64,000 nt of DNA, taken from NCBI GenBank assembly GCA_028023455.1, contig JAQFVV010000010.1, forward strand, positions 3,224,001 through 3,288,000, in the 5' to 3' direction. Under the pieces are notes generated by a model that was not told the DNA's origin, made no database searches, and worked only from the letters and a program-made list of their open reading frames with translations. Both the position numbers and the translations under genes were made by a program. Every line of letters starts with the position of its first letter. Position 1 is the first letter of the stretch. Positions 44,001 to 53,726 of this stretch are shown in pieces. Origin of the DNA: Epiperipatus broadwayi (lineage: Eukaryota > Animalia > Onychophora).

Positions 44001-47000
44001 TTAGGAATAAAAAAAAAATGGTTAATAGAAATAATGCTTCATCAAATTTTAGGTCAGCCAGTATCTCTAACATTGTTTGTGAATGCTTTATCAAATCTAG
44101 GTCAGCCAATATCTCTGACATTGTTTGCGATTTAAACACCTCGTAAATCTGGGATCTGATTACTGACATAAGGATAGCTAATTACAACTCAGGCCTCTTG
44201 ATTTGAATAGCCTGTAAATAAAAGATTATTCGATCTTTATAGCTTGGCCAATTCTCTGTGTAGACCTGAATGAATGCTTTAATTGAACCAACATTAGCCA
44301 TTCTTTTATTTTCCTTTGTCTTTATATCATGAGAGAGAAAAAATTCTTTAATTTATCAAGTCATCATTTGGAAGGATCTTTTAATATTTATTTGACAAGC
44401 TACTGTTTGCATTACTGTCAATGTCCACTAAAAACTAAATCTAACAATGGGAGAATTTCTGACTTTATTACTAAGAGTAACCACTCGTTTGATTCTACAA
44501 AGTTTTATTGACATGTCAATAACATTTGTGGTCAAATTTTTCTGAATAATGGGAGCAGGGGGCAAGTTTGGAAAAAAATTTGTCGACTGCACCAAGTGTT
44601 TAGTCACGATTTTTATATATAAAAACAAATGAGTATACATACATTTTATATTTATTACTAATATATAGATACAAACATAGACTCTATTTACAATTCTTAT
44701 TTATAGTTAGCTATACTTTGTCTGCTATTGTTGGTGAGGTATAGTTTCCAGTACTAGGGTGAAGTGTGTAAGTTCCCTTATAGATTTCTTACCCACTTTC
44801 AGCTGTACTTGGCAGCCTGCCTCGAAAGTACATTGACTCTTCTGACTGTAATGACAGTTTGCCTTGGATTGGCTTTGGTTCTGGCAGCTTCTAATCCTCA
44901 TTGTGGACTTGTCTCACTGTATAATTGTTATCTTAAATAGCTACTGGAGAACAAGCACTGCTGTTCAGGTTAGCAGAAGTTTTCTTCGATCGTATATGGA
45001 GAACCAGGGTACTCTTGTTCAGATTTAACAATTGTTCTCTGACCTTAACTTTAAAAAGGCTGACTATTTATTACCAGATCCCCAACCTAAAAAGAAACAT
45101 TCAGGTTCAGTAAGCATCATTGCTTATTGGCCTGTTCTTGCCATTGACTATGCACTATCTCTTTACATACACTTGGTTAGCAGCAATGAATGCTCAATCC
45201 GATCGCATTAAGAAAAGAATATGGATTAGTCCATTATTTGAAGGCAAAATGAGATATGACAACTGCCCTCCTGCTGCCATATTGAGGGCACTTCAATTAT
45301 TATTTAAAGTAGATGTGATAAATTTCATATGACATTATATTTACATGCTCATATATTACTGTTAATGTGTACTCCTTTATTTAATTAATTAGAACAAATT
45401 TGGTTATTTTTATATTACACTTAAATGTTTAATTTTGAAAATTGTACTGACCAATCTCACTTACTTTAAGAAAATTAATTTGTGATAATTTTTTTATCTA
45501 TTTATTAAATAAACCACAAGATTGAAAGATCAATCATAGTAATCACATAGTTGATTTGAATTCCCCAATAGTATTTACTTTTCTCATAGTCAATTAATAT
45601 AGTTCATGGAAGTGATAACTTCCAATTACTGCCAACTAATATAGGATATTACATGCTGGTGTCTCCTGTAAGCAGAAATTATAAGACATAAACTTACTTA
45701 CAATAAAAGAACTACTATAAAGAGACCAATATAAAATGTAAAATGATACTGTCACAGCAAAACAATCAACTGGCAATGATATCTGGATGTCTATAGAACC
45801 TTGCATTTATAAGGGAGTTCATTGCCGTCTTTCTCTTTGATTTAAAGAATTAGATTCATCTTAGTGTAATGTAAACTATTTCCCAAAAGAAGTCATGCAT
45901 GAGATTTTCTTTTCTTTCTTCCATATAAAAATAAGTGCAATAAAATAATTAGAATAAACAATTTTGTCTCAATCTAAGCACAATAAATATGTTTTATATA
46001 GGTTTTAAATATCTTTCAAAATCACTGTTGTTATTATTATTAAGATTGATTTAAAGGATCATTGATGTAAATTAGCATTGGTTTGAATTTTAACATATAT
46101 AAATTAAATGTATATAATTTTCAAATAATAGTCTTAATTTTATTTATTTGAATTGTCACTTATATGTTTTGTTTTATGGCATTTTTTGTGTGAACTATTT
46201 TATATAAATAAATCAGTTTTGTTCTTCATAATACAAAGATATGATTTTATATATACATAAAATAAAATAAAATTTCTGCAATATCAGTTTAACATTTTAT
46301 GCCTCTGTATACAGATATACATAAGAATTTGTGTATAACTATTTTATTTCTTAAAATAATTATTTTAATGTCATTTTTCAATATTCATATTTTTTATTAT
46401 TACTGTTTTTGTATTTTTCTTTCTAATTTGTTTCTCATTTATTATATTTTCAATCCTGATTTTTTTTTTTTTTATGTTTGTATATTAATATTGAATTAAT
46501 TTAGACTTTGGTGAATTCAGGGTTTTACTTAAATAAATTAAATTTGTTTTTGGCATTCTTTGCATTTTATTTTATAAATATCTTTTGCATTATTTTTATT
46601 AGTATTTATATATTTATTGATCATATCTGTTTTCCATGGAAATGTCAATTTTTTTCTATTGATAGGTTAGAAAAATAAAAAAACTCAAACTATTACTGCC
46701 ATATAATTAATAGAAATAAAGAGAAACAATGGATATTGCTAGCTGAAATCTCTATAAAATATTTTAAATGCTCTATAGCATATTAATTTCAGCCACACTC
46801 CCCCTTTTGAATGGACTGCAAAATTCAAGCTGGTCTTTATTTAAATGGGAAATGTGGCTGAAAATCCTCTAGTTATAGGGCATTTAAAAATATTTTAATA
46901 GAAATAGTATGCAAAAAAATTGGAATATGAGAATATAAGTAACAAAAAAAATATTGTATTAAGTTCATTAGTTTTATATTAATCATATATATTACTGATT

Positions 47001-47219
47001 GCATTTAATACCACATTAAGCTTTTTTTTAAATAAAAAAAATACGTATATTATAAAAATATGTAATTGAATTCCAAATTATTTTATTTTTTAATTTTGTG
47101 CTTTATAAGAATGTAAATATCTTTTTTTGTAGGGTTTTGCTCCTCATGTTTCACCATTTACTGAAGTTCAGGATCTTGGAAATTTATTGTCTAGATCAGG
47201 ATTTACAATGTTAACAGTG
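1967..47219 (+). CDS. NDUFAF5: NDUFAF5 (NADH:ubiquinone oxidoreductase complex assembly factor 5), partial spliced CDS: join(1967..2030,8351..8398,26865..26968,34313..34352,37403..37513,47133..47219); 5' and 3' exons outside window
   Basis: Six AG-preceded exons splice in phase into one open frame: [151 protein letters not shown]. This matches the NDUFAF5 motifs as recalled (DLGxGRG SAM motif, ADEE, SLSxHWVNDLP, AMFGGxTLxELRxSLQLAExEREGGFxPHxSPF). Confidence 0.96.
2696..3053. mobile_element. Palindromic Penelope-like/hammerhead-bearing element (family HH-C)
   Basis: Arms ~2696-2822 and ~2916-3053 are reverse complements; the inner right part carries a degenerate hammerhead-like motif (2885-2930) followed by an AATAAAGTTTT-containing tail. 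Confidence 0.65.
2885..2930 (+). ncRNA. Degenerate minimal hammerhead ribozyme-like motif
   Basis: atcc-TTGAAAA-T-GACTG(loop)CAGTT-GAAA-TGTT-ggag. Reverting two CpG>TpG changes gives GTCGAAACGTT; stem II GACTG/CAGTY; stem I tcc/gga. The CUGANGA box is mutated at two positions. Confidence 0.5.
3051..3240. mobile_element. Collapsed tail-only palindrome of family HH-B
   Basis: tataagtgttgaatgtctttagaaaaattaaactttatttaaata (3051-3095) and its reverse complement (3114-3158); the right arm continues into sequence homologous to 5240-5309. Confidence 0.8.
4584..5309. mobile_element. Head-to-head palindromic element: tRNA-like module + hammerhead-like motif + AT tail (family HH-B), 12-bp TSD
   Basis: Arms 4588-4840 and 5028-5275; acatgttataag directly repeated at 4572-4583 and 5310-5321; A-box-like gactcagttggttagag (minus arm), B-box gttcgaatcc (plus arm); CTGAAGA-AGAGG..CCTCT-CAAAAT motif at 5103-5144. 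Confidence 0.85.
6853..6930 (+). mobile_element. tRNA(Asp-like)-derived SINE head, decayed
   Basis: gcctcttg...gttcaaatcc B-box-like; homologous to 37586-37665; spacing and (c)tgt(c/t)a(c/t)gc region resemble tRNA-Asp as recalled. Confidence 0.5.
7287..7455. mobile_element. Short palindromic insertion of family HH-A tail, 14-bp TSD
   Basis: Arms 7284-7326 / 7361-7402; taaaaatatagtaa repeated at 7273-7286 and 7456-7469; homologous to 24350-24450. Confidence 0.85.
8351..8398 (+). CDS. NDUFAF5: NDUFAF5 exon (48 bp)
   Basis: ttttgtgtag|gat aca...atg ttg|gtaaaa; [16 protein letters not shown]; phase 0/0 fits both neighbours. Confidence 0.88.
8626..8667 (-). ncRNA. Degenerate hammerhead-like motif of a further family
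   Basis: Minus strand agct-GTGAAGA-A-GAC ttctg GTC-aatt-GAAACCGTT-A-ggct; C3 mutated and stem II/GAAA junction irregular. Confidence 0.4.
16644..16703. repeat. Small palindrome of an AATAAAGTTTTT-type tail around a (TA)n core
   Basis: cacaaaaactttatttgttgt...acaacaaataaagtttttgt. Confidence 0.7.
18751..18801. mobile_element. Minimal ~50-bp inverted fragment of family HH-A tail
   Basis: caataaacatcacatgatctcttatg (reverse complement of the distal tail) abuts tatagtgagttttgcctgttt (forward proximal tail, same variant as 54110-54127). Confidence 0.65.
20131..20215. repeat. 33-bp tandem repeat (2.6 copies)
   Basis: tgcatttcttgtaatgttaatt(t/c)attcctttgt starting at 20131, 20164 and 20197; minus strand can read [11 protein letters not shown]-type coiled-coil repeats upstream of gag. 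Confidence 0.85.
23940..23981 (-). ncRNA. Type-I minimal hammerhead ribozyme motif (G8>A variant)
   Basis: Minus strand TCCTCA-CTGACAA-A-GGC cacaa GCC-A-GAA-ACTAGT-C-TGAGGA: perfect 6-bp stem I, palindromic stem III, GUC cleavage triplet. Confidence 0.75.
24241..24280 (+). ncRNA. Type-I minimal hammerhead ribozyme motif (GAAA>GACA variant)
   Basis: actca-CTGATGA-AGGTcacaaGCCA-GACACTAGTC-tggga. Confidence 0.65.
24672..24713 (+). ncRNA. Type-I minimal hammerhead ribozyme motif (GAAA>GACA, GUC>AUC variant)
   Basis: tcctca-CTGATGA-AGGCcacaaGCCA-GACACTAATC-tggaga. Confidence 0.65.
26865..26968 (+). CDS. NDUFAF5: NDUFAF5 exon (104 bp)
   Basis: tatag|gaa cag...ctt ag|gtgagc; [34 protein letters not shown]. 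Confidence 0.95.
27333..27662. mobile_element. Older palindromic copy of family HH-A
   Basis: Left arm is the reverse complement of the A tail; right arm has gtca-CTGATGA-aattcacaagtta-GAAACTAATC-tgggga at 27521-27560; no clean TSD. Confidence 0.75.
28966..33873 (+). mobile_element. Full-length decayed Ty3/Gypsy LTR retrotransposon (LTRs 28966-29488, 33387-33873)
   Basis: Two homologous ~500-bp LTRs (tgga...cagaacatagca); flanks atatt / atgtt; polypurine aggagagaag before 3' LTR; frameshifted RT ([17 protein letters not shown]; [13 protein letters not shown]; YLDD near 31240), RNase H ([21 protein letters not shown]) and integrase (IHLDHTGP; [14 protein letters not shown]) remnants in Gypsy order. 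Confidence 0.93.
34313..34352 (+). CDS. NDUFAF5: NDUFAF5 exon (40 bp)
   Basis: poly-T tract then aacag|t atg cat tgg...aga cag|gtaaga; (S)[13 protein letters not shown]. Confidence 0.95.
36175..36270 (-). mobile_element. Family HH-B tRNA-like module, minus strand
   Basis: Minus strand cctaattggttagagcaccaccttgaattgagcattccagaatctaaaggtcaagagttcaattctcatg; divergent partner at 36545-36860. Confidence 0.65.
36545..36860 (+). mobile_element. Family HH-B copy including ~150 nt upstream of the tRNA-like module
   Basis: 36545-36700 aligns with the reverse complement of 4865-5010, then gacagaataacctaattggttagagc, gtcactggtcatgtcagaaacacctaaagaa and aaaacatgtt. Confidence 0.7.
37403..37513 (+). CDS. 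NDUFAF5: NDUFAF5 exon (111 bp) ending at a GC donor
   Basis: ttttag|att ttt aat...gaa ggg|gcaagt; [37 protein letters not shown]. Confidence 0.95.
37586..37665 (+). mobile_element. tRNA(Asp-like)-derived SINE head, decayed
   Basis: gcctcttgtgatttattggttaaatattcaccagtcatgc...gatttgaatc; homologous to 6853-6930. Confidence 0.5.
39330..39470 (+). mobile_element. RTE-type LINE reverse-transcriptase C-terminal remnant
   Basis: [19 protein letters not shown] resembles the RTE pattern FEMWCYRRML..W...VxNEEVL; similarly weak fragments near 23000-23240 and 27950-28020. Confidence 0.4.
40570..41260. repeat. Degenerate tandem array (~60-70-bp subunits inside a ~410-bp higher-order duplication)
   Basis: ttttactt(t)ctttcgttt..aaattattttt cccaaataat at ~40572 and ~40984; recurring ttacgttacttttatt..tttacatttgattg..aacaatta..gggag units. 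Confidence 0.8.
41875..45261 (-). mobile_element. Internally deleted Ty3/Gypsy LTR element (LTRs ~44597-45261 and ~41875-42539)
   Basis: Homologous ~660-bp LTRs starting tgtca(t/c)atc on minus; PBS tggtgcagtcgaca (44581-44594, tRNA-Ser-like); PPT gagaaagggaa before the 3' LTR; Gag knuckle [14 protein letters not shown] (CX2CX4HX4C); frameshifted protease ([12 protein letters not shown]); integrase C-terminal [20 protein letters not shown]; no RT/RNase H seen. Confidence 0.88.
47133..47219 (+). CDS. NDUFAF5: NDUFAF5 exon (87 bp)
   Basis: ttttgtag|ggt ttt gct cct cat...aca gtg|gtacct; [29 protein letters not shown]. Confidence 0.94.
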
Positions 47220-49971
47220 GTACCTTTTTAACTATTCAAATTTTAATTATATTTACAATTAGATGATTTATCATATCTTAAGTTTATTAATATGAGCCAA
47301 TCATTTTGCTTTTTTTTTTTTGTTAGATGGAATTTGTATAAAAATATAAAAAGGTAATACATGATATATAACTTGGTTAAATGACTTTATGACTCTTTTA
47401 CATAGGTAATTGTATTTGACAATAGTGGAAGATTTGTTCATTAGTGTAAATGATTTATAGAATGGATATTAAATGCTATAGCTAAATTGCTTCCTATGAG
47501 TCATTTTTAACATCTTAGTGTTTATTTAGATGGGTGACTTCCTTAGCATTGTATTTATTTAATAATTTGTTTTTGTTCTATTATATAGAGTAATGACATA
47601 AAAGTTTCAATACTCCAGGGTTTTGAACCTTATTTAGCTTGGATATCAGATTATGAATAGTTGCTCTTGAAAAGCACAACTTAAATATTTGTTCCTGCTG
47701 GAATGAGAACTAATTTCTCTAGATAATTGCTTTGCATTATTTGTTGCAGAAGTAGAGATAATGGAGTTCAAGATTCATGGATCATGCCGAGTTCTGTTAC
47801 TTCCAGTGTTCTAAATTGTTATGAACACCCAAACTAATAAAACATTTGAATATTATTATTATTATTATTACCCAGAAACTGAATATGAAATCATGAATAA
47901 TAATCACCCTTGTAGAAAAAAAAAATCCTATATTATAAAATTCAATCAATTCACCTTCTGAAATTTTATAATAATAAAAAACTCTCTAACCATTTGTTGA
48001 TATCTGTATAATTAAATTTATATGACTAAGTGCTGAGTCATTCAGAAGCTTAAGAGTCTTTCTTTTACCATTTTTTTAGACAGAAATTTGTATAACAGTA
48101 AAGAAAATATCAGAACAGCATTCAAAAAAAAAAAAAAAAAAAACCCCAACTGGAGTTTTATAAAGATCTGCAGATCCAGTCTCCATAGATCTTGGAAACC
48201 AAGATTAGCACTATAGGGTTCACCAATTTTCACTTTAAGCAGTGCACTGTGCAATTGCACAGCAATTTTGAAAAGACAGTGTACTACTTGGTGGCTTCTA
48301 CATACTCCAGATATTAGCTGAATAATTTAGATTTAAAAAATTAATAAATAGAATTGATAAATAGAAATTGATCTGTACTTGCAGTGGTGGCAGGGATATT
48401 GCTATGGAAATTTTAGCTTAATAGTGTTGTGGGCTACCTGAAACAACTAAAGCAGATTTCAATACTATTACATTTCCAACAATATGGGACTGCAGCTTGA
48501 GTGTGATGAGTCTTGTAATTTAAAAAAAAAAAAATCATCCAATTTATAAATATTTTATTTTTAAGCACGTTTAGCAAATCAATCTAAAAATAAGAAAAAT
48601 GAATTTAAATATCAATGGCTCTGCTAATCACTTGAAAGTGAAATGCCATCTCCATCAAAAATTGTAACTACTGTATTGAAATTAGGGATGTTTTTAGTTG
48701 TCAAAGCAATTCAGGTGACATCATATGCAAAATTTGCTGTCAATCAAATCCATAAGGTGAATTTACTACCAGTAGAAAGTCAGCAAATAGAAAATAGACT
48801 GTTTAAAATGACATTTAAGTCAAAAAGTTCATACTGATTCAGTTATTGCCCATTCAAAATATAAAGAATAGAGGAATTTTAAGAATTTCAATTGAGATTG
48901 GAAAATACTGAATGCAAGAAAACAGCAAAAACATGATTAAAGTTCTAATAGACAATATTATCTTAGAAATTATCATCAATTTGTGGATGCTTTTTATTCA
49001 ATCTATACATGATAATATAGGAAAATATATTAATATTTCCAAATCATGGTGTAGCAAGATTATTCCTTCAAATTTATAGGATGTATAAATTTAATCAAAA
49101 ATTAGGAGATTATTGATGAAGTTCAAACATCTTTATTTCATGGTTTGATTGTTGATGAAGTATGGATATTTTGGTCAAAAAAAAAATACAGATCAAAATT
49201 TGAATCCGGTTATCAGACAAAAAATTTTGATATTGTTAAGCTCATTGCATGTTAATAGTCATTCTATTGTAATAGGGATAAAAAAAAGTTTTATAGAGAG
49301 AAAAATTTTCATTTACAAAAAATGATTATGTTCACCATTGCAATGATAGGAAAAACAGATGTTGTGGCTGCTCATTTATGAATTGATATTTCACATTTAA
49401 TTCAACAATACTGTGTTGCTCACAGGAAAGATCCATGCATGGAAGCAGATTCCACTTCTTAAAGATATTGAAACCCTTTTAAGGACAATATATACAATGT
49501 TTAGTGGATCACTTACAAAAATTGAAAAAATTTAAAAATTGGCCAAAATTTTATAAATTGATGTTATTATATCATTTAAACCTCTCAAAGAAGTAAGATG
49601 GCTATCTAGATATTAAATACTCTGATAATAAAGTATGATATTTTAATGTTATTGTACAGAAGAAGTTGAACAATTCAATGTCCCAATAAATAAATATTGT
49701 TTAAAAAGCTTTTAAAACCCACAAAATCAGATAGCATATGTGATTCTTCAAAATATATTTAAGGAAATGTTAGCATTAAACAAAATTATAAAGAATAAAT
49801 TTATTCTCAATGGAGATATACCAGTTTGCAAAGGCAAAAATTAATAAGCTAAGAGTGCAATGTCTAGATAATATCTGTTGCAGTGTAGTCATTCAAAAAA
49901 TTTTAAATTCCAATGATTATTTAGTTAAGGCTTTACTTCATTAGTGTTTGAAATCAATTAATATATATATA

Positions 49972-50583
49972 TGTGCTCTGCGCACAGATAATGAAGCTAT
50001 TCAATGTACATAAAATTATCAAAAGTTATCGCCAAGCGCTTTTGGGACAGTTTATAGTCCCATATTCATGGCGACTTGTATTTGGTTAAGAACTGTAATA
50101 TTAATTCAAATTTTATGCAAATTCATATGCAGATGCTACATAGACCATTTTCGAGACAGAGAAAAGTAGGCCTCTCTTCTAGCTCAACATAGATACCTTT
50201 ATAACAGAACTAAAACAAAGTTTGAAGGCAATTCAGTTTTCATTGAGCATGAGAGAGCCACTGGCCATGCTTTTCTACCCACCACAGCCATTGTCATTTG
50301 CTTTGAAATAAATGATATTAAACGCAAAGTCAGGTGGGCGTGCTACATTGTAAGTGACCCAGCAGCAATAAATAGAAGAGAGGCCTGCTTTTCTCTGTTT
50401 CGAAAATGGTCTATGTAGCATCTGCATCTGAATTTGCATAAAATTTGCATTAATATTACAGTTCTTAACTCAATACAAGTTGCCATGAATATGGGACTAT
50501 AAACTGTCCCAAAAGCGCTTGGCGGTAACTTTTGATAATTTTACGTACATTGAATAGCTTCATTATCTGTGCTCAGTGCACAT
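49972..50583. mobile_element. Long-TIR MITE/foldback element in a (TA)n site
   Basis: Arms 49972-50181 and 50373-50583 are near-identical reverse complements; ~190-bp spacer; both ends run into tatatata; CpG-rich relative to surroundings. Confidence 0.85.
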
Positions 50584-51014
50584 ATATATATTAATGATTA
50601 TTTAGATACTATGCCAGTGCTTAAATTTAATCAACTGCTTTGTAATCATTTGAATACTAGATTTCCAAAGGAAGATATAGATGACTGGAATGCCTTGGAT
50701 CCTTTTATAATGAAAAATAACATAGAGCATGGAAAAGAGTCTAAAAGGTTTATTTGTAAAAAAAAAATATAAATCCATAATAAATAATAATGATAAAAAT
50801 CATATACGCTTATATATAATTTTAGAACAGTATGGTAATGAAATTTTTAGTGAATGAAAAAGTTAAAATTGAAGTAATCAAATTATTTAATGATTTAGTT
50901 TCCATATGTCTTAAAAGACCAAGAATATAAAGAGTTTTTGGTACTTGTTATTTTTGTGTGATTTTTCAAGCTTCCAGCACCAATTATGAACATGATTTTA
51001 GTATAATGAATACA

Positions 51015-51837
51015 GTCAAATATCAGCCTTTCACGCTAATTGTGCATACGCTTTGCAAGTGTTAATAATAAATGAATACTTTCTCATCAATACAAGATAT
51101 AGTATTTATGCAGGAATAAAAGGAATCATCTTATTCCTACGACTCAAACGCTTATATATGAGCAAATCTGAAGTACTGGCAAAGAAAGTGTGACGATGGA
51201 ACAGTCACTTTAAATTACTATATATAATGTCTGAATGAATGACGTCGCTGAAATTATCTAGAATTTACTAAACATCATTCCAACTGAAACTTAATAATAT
51301 GTAAATAAGCATTTATTTTATATAGTGAATGTAAACAATTGTATTACAGTCAAATATCAGCCTTTCATGCTAATTGTGCATACGCTTTGCGAGTGTTAAT
51401 AATAAATGAAAGTAACACTCGCAAAGCGTATGCACAATTAGCATGAAAGGCTGATATTTGACTGTAATACAATTGTTTACATACACTATATAAAATAAAT
51501 GCTTATTTACATATTATTAAGTTTCAGTTGGAATGACATTTAGTAAATTCTAGATAATTTCACCGACGTCATTCATTCAGACATTATATATAGTAATTTA
51601 AAGTGACTGTTCCATCATCACGCTTTCTTTTCCAGTACTTCAGATTTGCTCATATATAAGCATTTGAGTCGTAGGAATAAGAGGATTCCTTTTATTCCTG
51701 CATAAATACTATATCTTGTATTGGTGAGAAAGTATTCATTTATTATTAACACTCGCAAAGCGTATGCACAATTAGCATGAAAGGCTGATATTTGACTGTA
51801 ATACAATTGTTTACATACGCTATATAAAATAAATGCT
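51015..51837. mobile_element. Palindromic concatemer of a 334-nt monomer, 13-bp TSD
   Basis: tacagtcaaa at 51011 and 51345; tttgactgta ending 51466 and 51800 (period 334 on both arms); inversion point 51410-51413; tataatgaataca at 51002-51014 and 51838-51850. Confidence 0.92.
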
Positions 51838-53726
51838 TATAATGAATACAATAAAATCAAAATTCCATAATAGTACTCTTTTATAATGAACATTTGGATA
51901 ATGTAATAATAATTAAGTATTATATCTTGTCAGAAAAGCAAATAAACCTAGACAGTTATAAAATTTGAGTAAATCATAAAGAATGATATGAAAAAATAAA
52001 GAACTAATTATTATTATTGAGTTATTATTTTTAAATTATGTTCTATAATTTTCATTACATATAAACTATTTGGTGCACCAACTATTTTATATGAAAACAT
52101 GCAAATAAATTCTATAATTTGATGTCTTTATATATTTTTTGTTGCACATTGTTTGGTTTACTGAGCTCAGCTCTTGTATTTTTAGCTCAGAAACAGTCAA
52201 CTTTTAGAAGGAACTGTGGTATTCACCTATCTATTAATGATTATAATTCTTTATGGAAAGGCAGCACAATTGCAGATCAGAGAATCTCACCAGAATCAAA
52301 TCTTTATTTAAAAAATGAAGTACCTAAGTTATTCAGGGATTAATTTATCTATTCATTTATTGGCAGTTTAAGTATTATAATCAATTTTTTACCATCTTTA
52401 TTAACACCTTTTAGATTGTTCCATTCAGTTAAAAATAATTTATTTATTGCATATAAATTAATATCTTAATATTGGATGAACTCATTTTGCACTTTTAAAA
52501 TTTACTACAAAACTCAGAAAGGCTGATGCTTAAATTTTTATAGATTTGTTGTATAACTAAAAAAATATTTTTGATTTCTTTTACCATCTTAATATCACTC
52601 TTCCTTTTTTTAATCTCAAATTGATTATGCAATTATTTGCTTGTTATTTACATCATCTCTGAAATGAAAATTGTTTTTCGCTCCACCACTTTGTCTTTTG
52701 TTATGGTATAAAACAATGTGTTTTCTCCACTTGAGTTTTTTTTAATGATCACTATCTATTGCAACAATCATTGGGTTCCTTAATTAATTATTTTGCCTGT
52801 TATATATCTATTAACTTTGCATCAATTCTTATCCAAGAAGATTTTTTCTATCTTTTACTATTTTTATTATTTTGTGCTCTCACTATTTTCTTTCTTTTAG
52901 TCTTTTGTTGTTTATTTGTTTTTAAACATTTTTTGGTATACCCATTTTGTTTTAGTTTACATCTCATCCTCTCTAAGTTATAGTAACTTTAATTATAAAG
53001 CAAATCACTCAATTCTCTAGCTTATATAATACATGACAAAATAACTATAATGCCATCTTTAATCAACTAAAATGATTAGTGATTCCCATATTGTTCTAAC
53101 TTTCAGGAATGAGACTCTTGCACTCCTATCTGATAACCACTTATTAGTCTTTCTATAAATGGCACTGGAGTAGAAAGCTGCTATGATTTTATCATGCAGT
53201 AACTTTACTTTTTCTTATCATGTTTTGCTTTAGTTCTGGACTATACTTTTTTTTTTTAATACATTTTAAATATAATTTTTTTTAAATGCTTTCTCATTGT
53301 GATCTGGTATTTATTATCATTGTTTATTTGTTAAAAATATTTTTAAATTAATTTTAAAAAGCTGTCTTATGTTTTTAATAATTAAAGATGGATTATGTCT
53401 AAATTTGAATAATTTAAAATGTTCAAAAATGAAAATAATAATGATGTAATTATAAGAATCTATTCATAGTTGATACTATGAAATTTGAATTATAAATTTG
53501 TCTTAAGTTTTATTCATTAATCTTGCTTTTTTATTATTACCATATAATTTGTTAATATTCCAATTATTGTTAACTGTAGAAAGTTATTAAAACCAGAAAA
53601 ATAATATTGCTGCTAGTGATTGGATGTTACATTGATTATCACATGAAGTTACATCTTGATAAATAGGGGGGTCTTGTAATTCATCTCAAATCTTTTAAAA
53701 CATCAAATCTAACTAAATAGTTTTCT

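Larger units (their letters stand above)
48214..51900 (+). mobile_element. Decayed hAT transposase (ZNF862-like type), interrupted by two palindromic insertions
   Basis: Frameshifted motifs in hAT order: FKYQWL..ICKIC, GLIVDE (49142), AMIGK, QQYCVAHR (49403), EVRWLSR (49590), ASSTNYEHDFSIMNT|IKSKFHN (50970-51870); possible left end tagggttcacc at 48214; right end not found. Confidence 0.8.
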
